DNA of 42,463 bases from Bdellovibrionota bacterium (GTDB lineage: Bacteria; Bdellovibrionota; Bdellovibrionia; Bdellovibrionales; Bdellovibrionaceae), in contig JBBTEQ010000076.1 of the NCBI GenBank assembly GCA_038042235.1, positions 4,474 to 46,936 of the forward strand, written 5' to 3'. Shown here piece by piece: positions 26,777 to 35,967 of this stretch. The position numbers and the translations under genes were made by a program. A model generated the notes under the pieces. That model was given only the letters and a program-made list of their open reading frames with translations. It was not told where the DNA came from and searched no databases. Numbering within the stretch: position 1 is the stretch's first letter; each line of letters starts with the position of its first letter.

Positions 26777-28570
26777 ATGAACAGAACATTAAGCAAGAGC
26801 GAAAAAGAAAAACTATCGGTGTTAGCATTATTGGATGCAGAAGATGCTAAGATCCCAGCAAATCCTGGTTTGAATAATCAAGCTTCAGGTGGAGAGTTCG
26901 AACAACTTTTCTCAGCTTCAACTAAAGAACAAGATTTTAGAGTCGGTGACGTCGTCAATGGCCTCATTGTTGAAGTGCAATCGGATTTTGTATTAGTTGA
27001 TATAAACTATAAATCTGAAGGACTGGTTCCAATTAATGAATTCCGCGTTGTAGATGGAGTTCGTCAAGTTAAAGCTGGAGACCGAGTTGAAGTTTTAATT
27101 GATCGTATCGAAAATGAAAACGGCATGGTGGCCTTATCTAAAGATAAAGCAGATATGCTGCGTGCTTGGACTGATATTTCTAAAGCTGCTGAAAATGAAG
27201 AAATCATTGAAGGCGTTGTTGTAGCTAAAGTTAAGGGCGGTCTTTCTGTTGATATCGGTGTAAAAGCCTTTTTGCCAGGCTCACAAATTGATTTACGTCC
27301 AGTTCGAAACATGGATGTCTATCTTGGTAAGAAATATAAATTCAAAGTTATTAAGTTTAACAAAAAACGTGGAAACATTGTTCTTTCTCGTCGAGCAATT
27401 CTTGAAGAAGAACGCGATAGCTTGAAGGCGCAAACTGCGGACACAATGAAAGAAGGCGCTACAGTTGTAGGTCTTGTTAAAAATGTAACAGATTACGGTG
27501 CGTTTATTGATTTAGGCGGTATCGACGGGTTGTTACATATTACAGACATGAGCTGGGGACGTGTAAAACATCCTTCAGAATTAATTAATGTCGGTGATGA
27601 AATAAAAGTTAAGATCTTGAAATATGACACTGAAAAAGAACGTGTATCTTTAGGTTTAAAACAATTATCTGAAGATCCATGGGCTGAAATCAAAGCTAAG
27701 TACGCTATTGGCACAAAAGTAAAAGGTAAAGTTGTATCTGTTGCAGAATATGGAGCTTTTGTTGAGCTGGGCGACGGAGTGGAAGGTCTGATTCACGTAT
27801 CTGAAATGTCTTGGACTAAACGTGTAAAACACGCCAACCAGATTTTGCAAGTAGCTCAAGAGCTAGAGATACAGGTTTTGGAAATTGATATGGAAAATCG
27901 TCGTATCAGTTTAGGTATGAAACAACTTCAAGCTAATCCTTGGGTCGAGATGAAAGATACTTATCCTCCTGGAACAATCATCGAAGGTGAAGTTAAGTCA
28001 GTAACAGATTTTGGTATCTTCGTTGGTATCGAAGAAGGTATTGATGGACTTGTTCATATTTCTGATTTTTCTTGGACTAAGCGTGTAAATCACCCTTCTG
28101 AAATGTTCACAAAAGGACAAAAAATCAGAGCCGTGGTTTTAGGTGTGGATTCTCAAAATGAAAGATTCTCTTTAGGTGTTAAACAGCTTGAAGGTGACCC
28201 TTGGTCACAAATCGAAACTAAATACGGTATTGGCACTCAGCACGATGTTAAAATCACTAAAACAACTGATTTTGGCGCTTTCGTTGAATTGGCTGCTGAT
28301 ATTGAAGGTTTGATTCATGTGTCTGAATTATCAACTGAAAAAATTCAATCAGTTGAAGATTTAGTAAAAGCAGGGGACATCATTAAGGCCGAAGTTATTA
28401 CGATTGATAAAGATGCTCGTAAAATTGGACTATCTTCAAAATTGGTTAAGCTTCGTGAATCTAAAGGTGATGTTGATGATTATATTAAAAAAGTATCATC
28501 TACTGCTAAAACCAGTTTAGGCGATATGTTCGGTGATCAGCTTAAAAATATGAAAACTGACAAAGAATAG
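26777..28570 (+). CDS. rpsA: 30S ribosomal protein S1
   Basis: Six S1 repeats (YGAFIDLGGIDGLLHITDMSW etc.). ATG 26777 follows AAGGA and an A-rich spacer. Confidence 0.97.
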   Translation: MNRTLSKSEKEKLSVLALLDAEDAKIPANPGLNNQASGGEFEQLFSASTKEQDFRVGDVVNGLIVEVQSDFVLVDINYKSEGLVPINEFRVVDGVRQVKAGDRVEVLIDRIENENGMVALSKDKADMLRAWTDISKAAENEEIIEGVVVAKVKGGLSVDIGVKAFLPGSQIDLRPVRNMDVYLGKKYKFKVIKFNKKRGNIVLSRRAILEEERDSLKAQTADTMKEGATVVGLVKNVTDYGAFIDLGGIDGLLHITDMSWGRVKHPSELINVGDEIKVKILKYDTEKERVSLGLKQLSEDPWAEIKAKYAIGTKVKGKVVSVAEYGAFVELGDGVEGLIHVSEMSWTKRVKHANQILQVAQELEIQVLEIDMENRRISLGMKQLQANPWVEMKDTYPPGTIIEGEVKSVTDFGIFVGIEEGIDGLVHISDFSWTKRVNHPSEMFTKGQKIRAVVLGVDSQNERFSLGVKQLEGDPWSQIETKYGIGTQHDVKITKTTDFGAFVELAADIEGLIHVSELSTEKIQSVEDLVKAGDIIKAEVITIDKDARKIGLSSKLVKLRESKGDVDDYIKKVSSTAKTSLGDMFGDQLKNMKTDKE

Positions 28571-28624
28571 GTGTCTTGACGCGTGGCAATCATTGCGCGC
28601 TAAGACATGAGAAGTATATTAAGT

Positions 28625-28655
28625 AAAAAGGGAGCCTAATTGGTTCCCTTTTTTT
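28625..28655 (+). terminator. Intrinsic terminator after rpsA
   Basis: AAAAAGGGAGCC-TAATT-GGTTCCC-TTTTTTT. Confidence 0.85.
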
Positions 28656-28705
28656 ATTTTTATTTTATGATGAACGGGTACACATTGGTGTATTAAAGGA
28701 TTTTT

Positions 28706-29686
28706 ATGAAAACTTGGTCTTTTCGAAAAAAGTTTGTGCTTGGTCTTGTTGTGACGCTTCTGGGATTATTCATATATTCTGCTGCGACTTCTTATTTTAA
28801 TAATGAAGATATTCGTATTACGCGTAATGAAATACTTCATTTAGAAATTAACGGCATTATTATGAATGGCAAAAAATTCCTGAGTCAGCTTAAAAAATAT
28901 AAAAAAGATGAATCTGTTAAAGCCATAGTTATTGAAATCAATTCTCCAGGAGGGGCCGTTGGTCCTTCGCAAGAACTTTATTACGAAATTTTAAGAGCTA
29001 AAGAGGAAACCAAAAAACCAGTTGTTTGTGTGAGTACCGGCTTAATTGCCAGTGGTGGTTATTATTCGGCTTTGGCCTGTGATAAGCTTGTTGTGGCTCC
29101 GGGCACTATGATTGGTTCAATCGGAGTTATAATGGAATTTGCCAATCTTGAAAAACTATATGATTGGGCAAAAGTTCAAAGATATACTATCACTTCTGGA
29201 AAATTTAAAGATTCAGGCTCTGAGTATAGAGCCATGAGAGATGACGAAAGACAATTATTTCAAGAGATGATTAACGAAGTCTATGATCAGTTTAAAAATA
29301 CAGTGGTTGAGGCACGCAATTTACCTGTAGAAACAGTTAATGAATACGCCGATGGACGAGTGATGACCGGGGCCACTGCTGTGAAGCTTAAATTTTCTGA
29401 TGCCATCGGTACCTACGAAGATGCCGTTAAGATGGCGGCTAAAATGGCAAACTTAGGTGATGATTACAAAATATTTAAACCCAAAAAAGAGAAATTCAAT
29501 TTTTTTGATGTACTTGCAATGGATGACGAAGAAGACGATTTGAACTCACTGTCTGAGGTCAGAGATTATTTGAAGGGCGCAAAGGGTGTTTCTGCTAAAG
29601 CCGTTGCCGGGGAGCTGGCCCATACTTTTTTTAAAACCAAATATCTTAATCAACCTCTGTTTTTAATGCCAGGGTATTGGGAGTAG
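28706..29686 (+). CDS. sppA: Signal peptide peptidase SppA (36K type)
   Basis: INSPGG, ASGGYY, GSIGV, SGKFKD, ADGRV. Confidence 0.94.
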   Translation: MKTWSFRKKFVLGLVVTLLGLFIYSAATSYFNNEDIRITRNEILHLEINGIIMNGKKFLSQLKKYKKDESVKAIVIEINSPGGAVGPSQELYYEILRAKEETKKPVVCVSTGLIASGGYYSALACDKLVVAPGTMIGSIGVIMEFANLEKLYDWAKVQRYTITSGKFKDSGSEYRAMRDDERQLFQEMINEVYDQFKNTVVEARNLPVETVNEYADGRVMTGATAVKLKFSDAIGTYEDAVKMAAKMANLGDDYKIFKPKKEKFNFFDVLAMDDEEDDLNSLSEVRDYLKGAKGVSAKAVAGELAHTFFKTKYLNQPLFLMPGYWE

Positions 29687-30247
29687 TTGTTGGCAAAAGC
29701 TAAAAAAAAAGTAAAAAAAGTAGCAAAAAAAAAGGTGGCCGATTGGCCCTATAAAAGAAATATTCTTTTTAGGCCAGAACGAATGAAGTACGTCAGAAAA
29801 ATGATAAAAACCCAAGCTTGTGTTTTTTGCCATTCAGCTCAAGCCGAAATGTCGCTGAATACTCTCTGTGTTTATAAAAGTGAGCACACTCATATATTGC
29901 TTAACAAATATCCTTACAATAGCGGACATTTGCTGGTTTTGCCCCTAGCTCACGTTGGAGATTTACTTGAGCTAAGTCCTGAACGTTATGATGACCTGCA
30001 TAGAGCTATCAGGTTGGGGATTCAGGCCATTGAAGCAGTTTATCAGCCAAGCGGTTATAATGTCGGCTTGAATAATGGTTCGGAGGCAGGAGCGGGGATT
30101 CCGGATCATCTACATTATCATATAATTCCCAGATGGAGCGGTGATCTGAATTTTTTTCCATTAATTGCTGATACCAAAGTGGTTATTGAAACTCTGGAAG
30201 ACAGTTACAATAAATTTTCAGATTACTTTAAGAAAGCTAAGCTCTAA
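29687..30247 (+). CDS. HIT-family hydrolase (Fhit/Ap4A phosphorylase-like)
   Basis: CVFC, NKYPYNSGH, AGAGI..HLHYHIIPRW.GD.NF; start codon uncertain (TTG). Confidence 0.9.
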   Translation: MLAKAKKKVKKVAKKKVADWPYKRNILFRPERMKYVRKMIKTQACVFCHSAQAEMSLNTLCVYKSEHTHILLNKYPYNSGHLLVLPLAHVGDLLELSPERYDDLHRAIRLGIQAIEAVYQPSGYNVGLNNGSEAGAGIPDHLHYHIIPRWSGDLNFFPLIADTKVVIETLEDSYNKFSDYFKKAKL

Positions 30248-30250
30248 ATT

Positions 30251-30994
30251 ATGAATCAAATACAAATTGCTCCTTTAACCCCAGTTGTAAAAAAGTTAAT
30301 AATCGCAATTTCGTTTGTGTGGATTTTTATTCAGATTATTCTAGGCTCTTTTTTAAAATTGAATTTAAGCACCTGGTTAGTTTTACATCCTGATCAGGTC
30401 CTAGAAAAATTCTGGGTTTGGCAGCTTTTTACTTATATGTTTTTTCACGCGCTTTCGCCATTTCATATATTTTTTAATGGCTTAATGCTTTGGTTTTTTG
30501 GATCGGAACTTGAAAAGTATTGGGGATCACGCTTTTTCACCACCTATTTTTTTACATGTGGAGTGGGCGCGGCGATCGTTTATTGTTTAGGGGTGGCTTT
30601 ATATGCATTGGGAAGCGGTAACCAAGCTCCGCTTGTTATACCGGTTTTAGGGGCATCAGGGGCCTTATTTGGCCTTTTGGTTGCTTACGGTATTGTTTTT
30701 TCAGAACGGGTTATTTACTTTATGGGCCTGTTTCCGATGAAGGCCAAATATTTTGCCTTGATAGCGGCTGCCTTAGATCTGTCCTCTTTGCTTACAACAG
30801 GTTTTGCGGGTACAGAAGTGGCTTATTTATGCCATCTGGGGGGAGCTTTGGTTGGATTTTCTTTTTTATGGGGACATACCCGCTTTAAGCTGAACAAAAC
30901 CAAATCAAAACTTAAGCGTAATACCGGCTCTTTAAGACTGGTTGTAGACAATGAAAAGCCTAAAAAAGAAGACAATCCCAAATACTGGAATTGA
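30251..30994 (+). CDS. Rhomboid intramembrane serine protease
   Basis: WQLFTYMFFH, HIFFN, GASG, HLGG. Confidence 0.93.
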   Translation: MNQIQIAPLTPVVKKLIIAISFVWIFIQIILGSFLKLNLSTWLVLHPDQVLEKFWVWQLFTYMFFHALSPFHIFFNGLMLWFFGSELEKYWGSRFFTTYFFTCGVGAAIVYCLGVALYALGSGNQAPLVIPVLGASGALFGLLVAYGIVFSERVIYFMGLFPMKAKYFALIAAALDLSSLLTTGFAGTEVAYLCHLGGALVGFSFLWGHTRFKLNKTKSKLKRNTGSLRLVVDNEKPKKEDNPKYWN

Positions 30995-31038
30995 TTTTAA
31001 GCTAAACTGAATATATAAAGTCTTTACAAGAGGTAAAC

Positions 31039-31215
31039 ATGTCACTGAATAAAGCATTAGAGAATTTGAAATTTGATAAAAGATTAACTGAATTGAATCT
31101 TAAATTAGGTCGTGTAACTCAAGCCGAAATTACTCAAAACACAAAGATGTTACCAGACTTAGAAGCTCAGTGTGAAAAATTAGACATTGAAAAAGAAGAC
31201 AAAGATTTAAACTAA
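31039..31215 (+). CDS. Small hypothetical protein (58 aa), absent from the ORF track
   Basis: AGAGGT SD, then MSLNKALENLKFDKRLTELNLKLGRVTQAEITQNTKMLPDLEAQCEKLDIEKEDKDLN*; fills most of the intergenic gap. Confidence 0.8.
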   Translation: MSLNKALENLKFDKRLTELNLKLGRVTQAEITQNTKMLPDLEAQCEKLDIEKEDKDLN

Positions 31216-31223
31216 AAGTTAAT

Positions 31224-32150
31224 TTAGTTATTTATCAACTCGGACCACTCTTCGCGGTTTATTTTTAAGGTATTTTCCTGCTTCAGCACATACAGTGTTT
31301 TTATTCCTATATCTTTGTGCCCATCAGATTCGTAATCCTGCACGAACTGAATTACATATTGATTTTTTAATTGAATAATATTGGGCTCAAAAGCTGCGAC
31401 CTTAACATAGGAGTAGCGGTCTTTGAGTTTTTTCTTATGAGCCAGCCATGTTTTTTTATTATAGGGTGGGGCTGAAAATTCATCCGAATAATTTTTAATA
31501 TAGTTATCCAGATCTTGCTCTTGCCATTGGGTGCGCCATTGATTGAACCAGTTTAATGCAAATTCTTTTTCTTTTGAATGTTCTTCTTTTGAAACCCAAT
31601 TAATCTGGTTGTCGATAATCAGAAATGTTTTATTTAAAATGATCGAAGCTTCTATTTTTTTAATATCGTTATTTCGTAAAACAACACAGCCGCGTGACCC
31701 GCGAGTTAAAGGTACCTCGTCAGGCACGGAATGAAGCCAAATTCCCGAACCCGTCTTATTGTCAGTCTTATCAAAGTAGTTTGGATAGTTGGTTGTGAAA
31801 GCTAAGGATCCATATGTTTCAAATGGGATTTCGGGGGGGGCTTTTCTCATTAGTAACCGGTATATACCCTCGGGTGTTCGGCTGTCGTCCCGCTTTTTTT
31901 TGTCTCCGTTATTTTTTCCGATATCAATAGTGTACTGTTCTTTAATACGGCCTTTTAAAAGGCTTTCTATGTCTATTAGGCTGAGTTGTCTTGTGGATTT
32001 GTCAGCCAGCAGAGCATTTGTTGCTATTCTTTGATCTGCTGACAGATTTAGAATTTGTTTCGGGTATAGAACTGTATTTTGAGCATAGGTCGTACTTGCG
32101 ATCATAAATATGCTTAAAAGTGAAAAAAAGTTATACAAAAAAGACATCAT
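31224..32150 (-). CDS. YkuD-family LD-carboxypeptidase/transpeptidase with a C-terminal NTF2-like domain (Bd1075/Csd6/Pgp2-like)
   Basis: Signal peptide, D.RTPEGIY, GIWLH...GSRGCVVL, C-terminal W..QW...YIKNYS..F...QDYES...G.KTLY; divergent from fliL. Confidence 0.88.
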   Translation of the reverse strand: MMSFLYNFFSLLSIFMIASTTYAQNTVLYPKQILNLSADQRIATNALLADKSTRQLSLIDIESLLKGRIKEQYTIDIGKNNGDKKKRDDSRTPEGIYRLLMRKAPPEIPFETYGSLAFTTNYPNYFDKTDNKTGSGIWLHSVPDEVPLTRGSRGCVVLRNNDIKKIEASIILNKTFLIIDNQINWVSKEEHSKEKEFALNWFNQWRTQWQEQDLDNYIKNYSDEFSAPPYNKKTWLAHKKKLKDRYSYVKVAAFEPNIIQLKNQYVIQFVQDYESDGHKDIGIKTLYVLKQENTLKINREEWSELINN

Positions 32151-32256
32151 AGTTCTCTTAATAAATTAATAGTAAGAACCAAATTTGTATACGGGTTTTT
32201 TATAAGAATATAAGACTGGTGGGTCTGTACTAAATTGAGAATTTACACTAGAGCAC

Positions 32257-32284
32257 TAAAGTCTAGTCCAGATGTAACCGATCC
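32257..32284 (+). promoter_or_regulatory. sigma28 (FliA) promoter of fliL, leaderless geometry
   Basis: TAAAG-N15-ACCGATCC-N7-ATG(32292). Confidence 0.6.
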
Positions 32285-32291
32285 AGTATAT

Positions 32292-32768
32292 ATGAAAGCA
32301 ATAATTAAAAAACTGATAGTGGTGGTCTTAGTTACAATTAATTTCTCTGTATTGGGCTTAGGCGCTTACTGGGTCTATATATCAACTCTTGGTTATGATT
32401 CTCCCAAAATTACCGAAGCCAGCTTAAGAGAGCCCGCTAGTTTAAAAGAGAAGTTTGGTCAGGCTCCTTTGATCTATACAATGGATAAATTTATCGTAAA
32501 CTTATCAGGTGTTCCCAAAAGAACAATTCGGGTGCTGGTGAATCTTGACATGATCAGCCCGGTAGCATTTCAGGAAATAATGGATCAGGATAATCGAGCT
32601 AAAGCTCGTGATAAAATTGTTAGAATTTTGAATGATAAAACCTTTGATGATTTGGAAACAATTCAAGGCAAGCTTTTTCTAAAAGATAAGATTGTAACTG
32701 AAGTAAATCAAATTCTAAGTCAAGGCTTGGTTAAAGACGTTTACTTCACCGACTTTGTAATGAACTAA
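32292..32768 (+). CDS. fliL: Flagellar basal body protein FliL
   Basis: N-terminal TM, FIVNL, RD.I..IL..KT..DL.T.QGK..LK, VKDVYFTDFV. Confidence 0.92.
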   Translation: MKAIIKKLIVVVLVTINFSVLGLGAYWVYISTLGYDSPKITEASLREPASLKEKFGQAPLIYTMDKFIVNLSGVPKRTIRVLVNLDMISPVAFQEIMDQDNRAKARDKIVRILNDKTFDDLETIQGKLFLKDKIVTEVNQILSQGLVKDVYFTDFVMN

Positions 32769-32779
32769 GACTGTCAATC

Positions 32780-33526
32780 TTAGCGTTTCTGATAGATTTT
32801 CAAAATTATATAAATCAGCGCTGCAATCAAAAGTAAAGCTACACCTAAAAACAGTTCATTCTTAAAAATACTCTTTTTACCCGACAGGCCAGCGCCTTCA
32901 TCAGCGGCCAGTAAGTCAGCAGGCATGGCTTGGCCTATTCCGGACCCTAAGGTGTCTCCAGCGCCGGCAAGAGGGCCTAAATCAGGGCGTGAAAGTAAAT
33001 CTTTGGTGGCAATAACTCGTAACGAGCGAATCGTTTTATCAAAGTTCAGACTGTGCTTAGAATAAAGTTTATTCTGAGCGCTGAACGTAACAAGAATGGC
33101 TATTTGATCTTTTATGGTAGCTAGATAACGGGTAAAGTAGTTTTGAACTTCGCTGTCTTGATGAAGGCTATCAAGCCAGGGCTGGTCGTTAATTTTTTGT
33201 GTGTTAGCCTGATATACGACCTTAGACGACATTGGCGTGCCGGTTTTTGAAACCGTGTTAATCGGGCTGTTCATGTGGCTTTCATAAATCGGAAAAGAGT
33301 CTGTTGGCCCTTTTTCTTTAGCTGTCAAAATAATCACAGCTTCTTTGGCGCCCTGAGGATCCTCGGCTCTGCAGACCCACTCAGTTTGTTCGAGCTTACA
33401 CGCCCAGTTATCTTGCATTTCAAAAGAAATATATGCGTTTTTAAATGTTCGTGACTCTGCTAGCTGTGTACTGAAGTATAATAAACAGAATAGTATTACA
33501 GATATAACAGAAGACTTCCTAAGCAT
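32780..33526 (-). CDS. Exported hypothetical protein with a C-terminal membrane anchor
   Basis: GAGGT SD before ATG 33526, signal peptide, Gly/Ala linker, C-terminal TM plus KR. Confidence 0.75.
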   Translation of the reverse strand: MLRKSSVISVILFCLLYFSTQLAESRTFKNAYISFEMQDNWACKLEQTEWVCRAEDPQGAKEAVIILTAKEKGPTDSFPIYESHMNSPINTVSKTGTPMSSKVVYQANTQKINDQPWLDSLHQDSEVQNYFTRYLATIKDQIAILVTFSAQNKLYSKHSLNFDKTIRSLRVIATKDLLSRPDLGPLAGAGDTLGSGIGQAMPADLLAADEGAGLSGKKSIFKNELFLGVALLLIAALIYIILKIYQKR

Positions 33527-33563
33527 GATGACCTCGCTTTGATGTGAGCATGGAATTCGTATA

Positions 33564-33598
33564 TTGCATATTATAGGCATAAATTGTAATCTTTGCCA
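33564..33598. promoter_or_regulatory. Overlapping divergent sigma70-like promoters between the LysR gene and the exported-protein gene
   Basis: Plus strand TTGCAT-N17-TAATCT; minus strand TGGCAA-N17-TATAAT. Confidence 0.45.
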
Positions 33599-33618
33599 GA
33601 TTTTAAAGGAGATATTTC

Positions 33619-34515
33619 GTGTTAAATTTATCACAACTCCAGACTTTCGTCATGGTGGCTTCCGAAGGCAGCATGACTGCAGCCGCTGATAAGTTATTTT
33701 TAACTCAACCGGCAGTTAGTCAACAGATGAAAAATATGGAAGACGACTTAGGCGTAGAGTTGATTGTAAGAGGCTCCAAACAGATTAAAATGACGGCTCA
33801 AGGCGAAATTTTATATGAGCATGCAAAAAAAATATTAAGTTTTGCACAACTTGCTGAAGTCTCAATTAAATCAATTGGCGCACAATTAAAAGGCGAGCTT
33901 CGAATTGGCACATTAAATTCGATTGGACTTCATTTAATGAGCCCTGTTGTAAGTCGACTGTTGAAATTTAATCCTGATTTTAAGATCAAGGTCAATTATG
34001 CAAGAGGCGAAGATTTGATTCAAAGCTATAAAAAAGGCGAATTAGATGTGCTTGTGTTACCTGAAATTGAAACTAATTATAAATCTACACTAAGCGATAC
34101 TAAATCTCAGGTTTTGTTTAAAGAAGAAATGTGGTTAGTAGGATCAGGTAAAGATGAGTTTTATCCGATGCAAATATCACTAAACGAAATTAAAAAAATA
34201 CCTTATGTTCACTTTTCTGATGAATACCCAGCCTTTGATAAAAGTTTATTTGAAAAAGTAGGCGCATTACAGTCGGTCTTTGAGTCAGCCAATGTGGGCA
34301 CGCTTAAAAGAGTGATTGAGTATGGATTGGGTATAGGTTTTTTACCTTCGCACTCGATCCGAAAACAAGTCAGAGGCGGGCGGCTTAACCGAGTTCGAAT
34401 TTTAGATTTCGAATACAAACTCAATTTTCATTATTACTACAAAGCTACCGGTGCTCATGCCGAAACAGCTCAGATTATGTTTCAGGCGTTAACTGGTGAT
34501 CAAGAGCGAAGTTAA
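33619..34515 (+). CDS. LysR-family transcriptional regulator
   Basis: GSMTAAADKLFLTQPAVSQQMKNME HTH; GELRIG; GLGIGFLP. Confidence 0.95.
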   Translation: MLNLSQLQTFVMVASEGSMTAAADKLFLTQPAVSQQMKNMEDDLGVELIVRGSKQIKMTAQGEILYEHAKKILSFAQLAEVSIKSIGAQLKGELRIGTLNSIGLHLMSPVVSRLLKFNPDFKIKVNYARGEDLIQSYKKGELDVLVLPEIETNYKSTLSDTKSQVLFKEEMWLVGSGKDEFYPMQISLNEIKKIPYVHFSDEYPAFDKSLFEKVGALQSVFESANVGTLKRVIEYGLGIGFLPSHSIRKQVRGGRLNRVRILDFEYKLNFHYYYKATGAHAETAQIMFQALTGDQERS

Positions 34516-34541
34516 GTCGTTATATCAATCTGACAACTTAT

Positions 34542-35393
34542 TTAGAATAAAACCGACTCAGGTAAGCCCATGCGAGAAGCAATAAGCCGCACGATTTCAC
34601 TGGCAGTTTCTTCAAGTGCTCTTTCGGTTACGTTGAAAACCGGCCATCTTTTGTTTTGCTTAAAAAGGTTTTCGGCATATTCAATTTCATTTAATATATG
34701 CTGGCTTGAGGCGTACTCGCCACCGGAGTCTTGACCAAATTTTTCAAGTCGATTTTTTCTGATTCTTTGTAATGAGTCGATATCAATAATCAGACCGACA
34801 ATCTTACGTTGATCAACTTTAAACAATTGCTCAGGAAGCGGCGAGCCCAAGACAAGTGGAACATTCGCCACTTTCCAACCCTTGTGGCTTAGAAAAATTG
34901 AAAGAGGTGTTTTGCTTGTTCTACTGATGCCGACGAGGACAATATCGGCTTTATCGAGTTCATTTAAAGTTTTTCCATCGTCATGCCTGACCGTGTATTC
35001 AATGGCCTCGATGCGTTTGAAATACATATCATCTGTTTGGCGTAGCGCGCCCACTTTTTTAGAGGAAGGAACTCCAAAAAAATGATCCAGCATTTCAATA
35101 AGGGGCCCCAAGAAATCAATAGCGGGAATAGATTTTTCAATACACAGCTCTGAGGTTTTTTGCCGTAAGCTGGGGCTTGCAAAGGTATAGCCGATCAGGC
35201 CGCGTTTTGCGAAGCACTCATCAACAATTGTTTTGAGTTGTTCTTCGGAACGTATATTTTTACAACGCTGAATTGTAATTTCTTTTTCGGAATATTGCAC
35301 CAGTGCGGCGCGGATCATGGTAACAGCGGTTTCGCCGGTTCCATCTGAGATAATAAATATTATTTTGGAGTTATCGGGCAGGGTCGGTGTCAT
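34542..35393 (-). CDS. PPDK/PEP synthase regulatory kinase-pyrophosphorylase (DUF299)
   Basis: ISDGTGETA, YFKRIEAIEY...HDDG, GISRTSKTPLS, ANVPL, EETA. Confidence 0.94.
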   Translation of the reverse strand: MTPTLPDNSKIIFIISDGTGETAVTMIRAALVQYSEKEITIQRCKNIRSEEQLKTIVDECFAKRGLIGYTFASPSLRQKTSELCIEKSIPAIDFLGPLIEMLDHFFGVPSSKKVGALRQTDDMYFKRIEAIEYTVRHDDGKTLNELDKADIVLVGISRTSKTPLSIFLSHKGWKVANVPLVLGSPLPEQLFKVDQRKIVGLIIDIDSLQRIRKNRLEKFGQDSGGEYASSQHILNEIEYAENLFKQNKRWPVFNVTERALEETASEIVRLIASRMGLPESVLF

Positions 35394-35947
35394 AGGTTAA
35401 AATTAATTTTCATCAACATTTTTTGCAGCGACTCAATTTTTAAGTTAGCCCAAGGTTCTGCAGTTTCAGTCATAACAACAATTGAGTGATGAGTCGATAA
35501 CGGGATTAAGTAGGACATCATTTTATTTTCTGGATCAAGGTTTTCAATATTGAAATAAGTTAAGATTTGATGCGCACTTGATTTAACCACGTTGCAAATT
35601 CCTGGATTTGGTAGGTTTATGGTTTTAAAACCTTCAGCAATTTCTATATTTTTTCCAAATACAAAGCTGGCAATAACTGCAGAGCTGCCTTTGTCTTGGT
35701 CTTTTTGTAACAAAAATCCTATTTCAAAATAGGAGGATAGTTGCAAAAATAAATTTGTGAGATTTTTGGAATTAACCTCACTTGAAAAAATATAGCTTAG
35801 GTTTTCTAACATTTTGTTGTTATTTAGCGATTGGAAATTATTTTGTACGCTGGTTGCGACAGGTCCCAAATCTTTTAAAGTGTTTTGTAAATTGGACTCG
35901 GGTTGATCGAATAGGTCTTCAATTTTTGCATTAATTTTTTTAAACAT
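35390..35947 (-). CDS. Hypothetical protein
   Basis: ORF within the nrdR-nusB operon; its stop overlaps the start of the downstream gene. Confidence 0.7.
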   Translation of the reverse strand: MFKKINAKIEDLFDQPESNLQNTLKDLGPVATSVQNNFQSLNNNKMLENLSYIFSSEVNSKNLTNLFLQLSSYFEIGFLLQKDQDKGSSAVIASFVFGKNIEIAEGFKTINLPNPGICNVVKSSAHQILTYFNIENLDPENKMMSYLIPLSTHHSIVVMTETAEPWANLKIESLQKMLMKINFNL

Positions 35948-35967
35948 AGTTAGAGTATAATATAATC

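Noticed and set aside
33527-33634. Apparent head-to-head overlap of the LysR gene and the 284-aa ORF
   Set aside because: The better start is ATG 33526 (SD plus signal peptide), which removes the overlap
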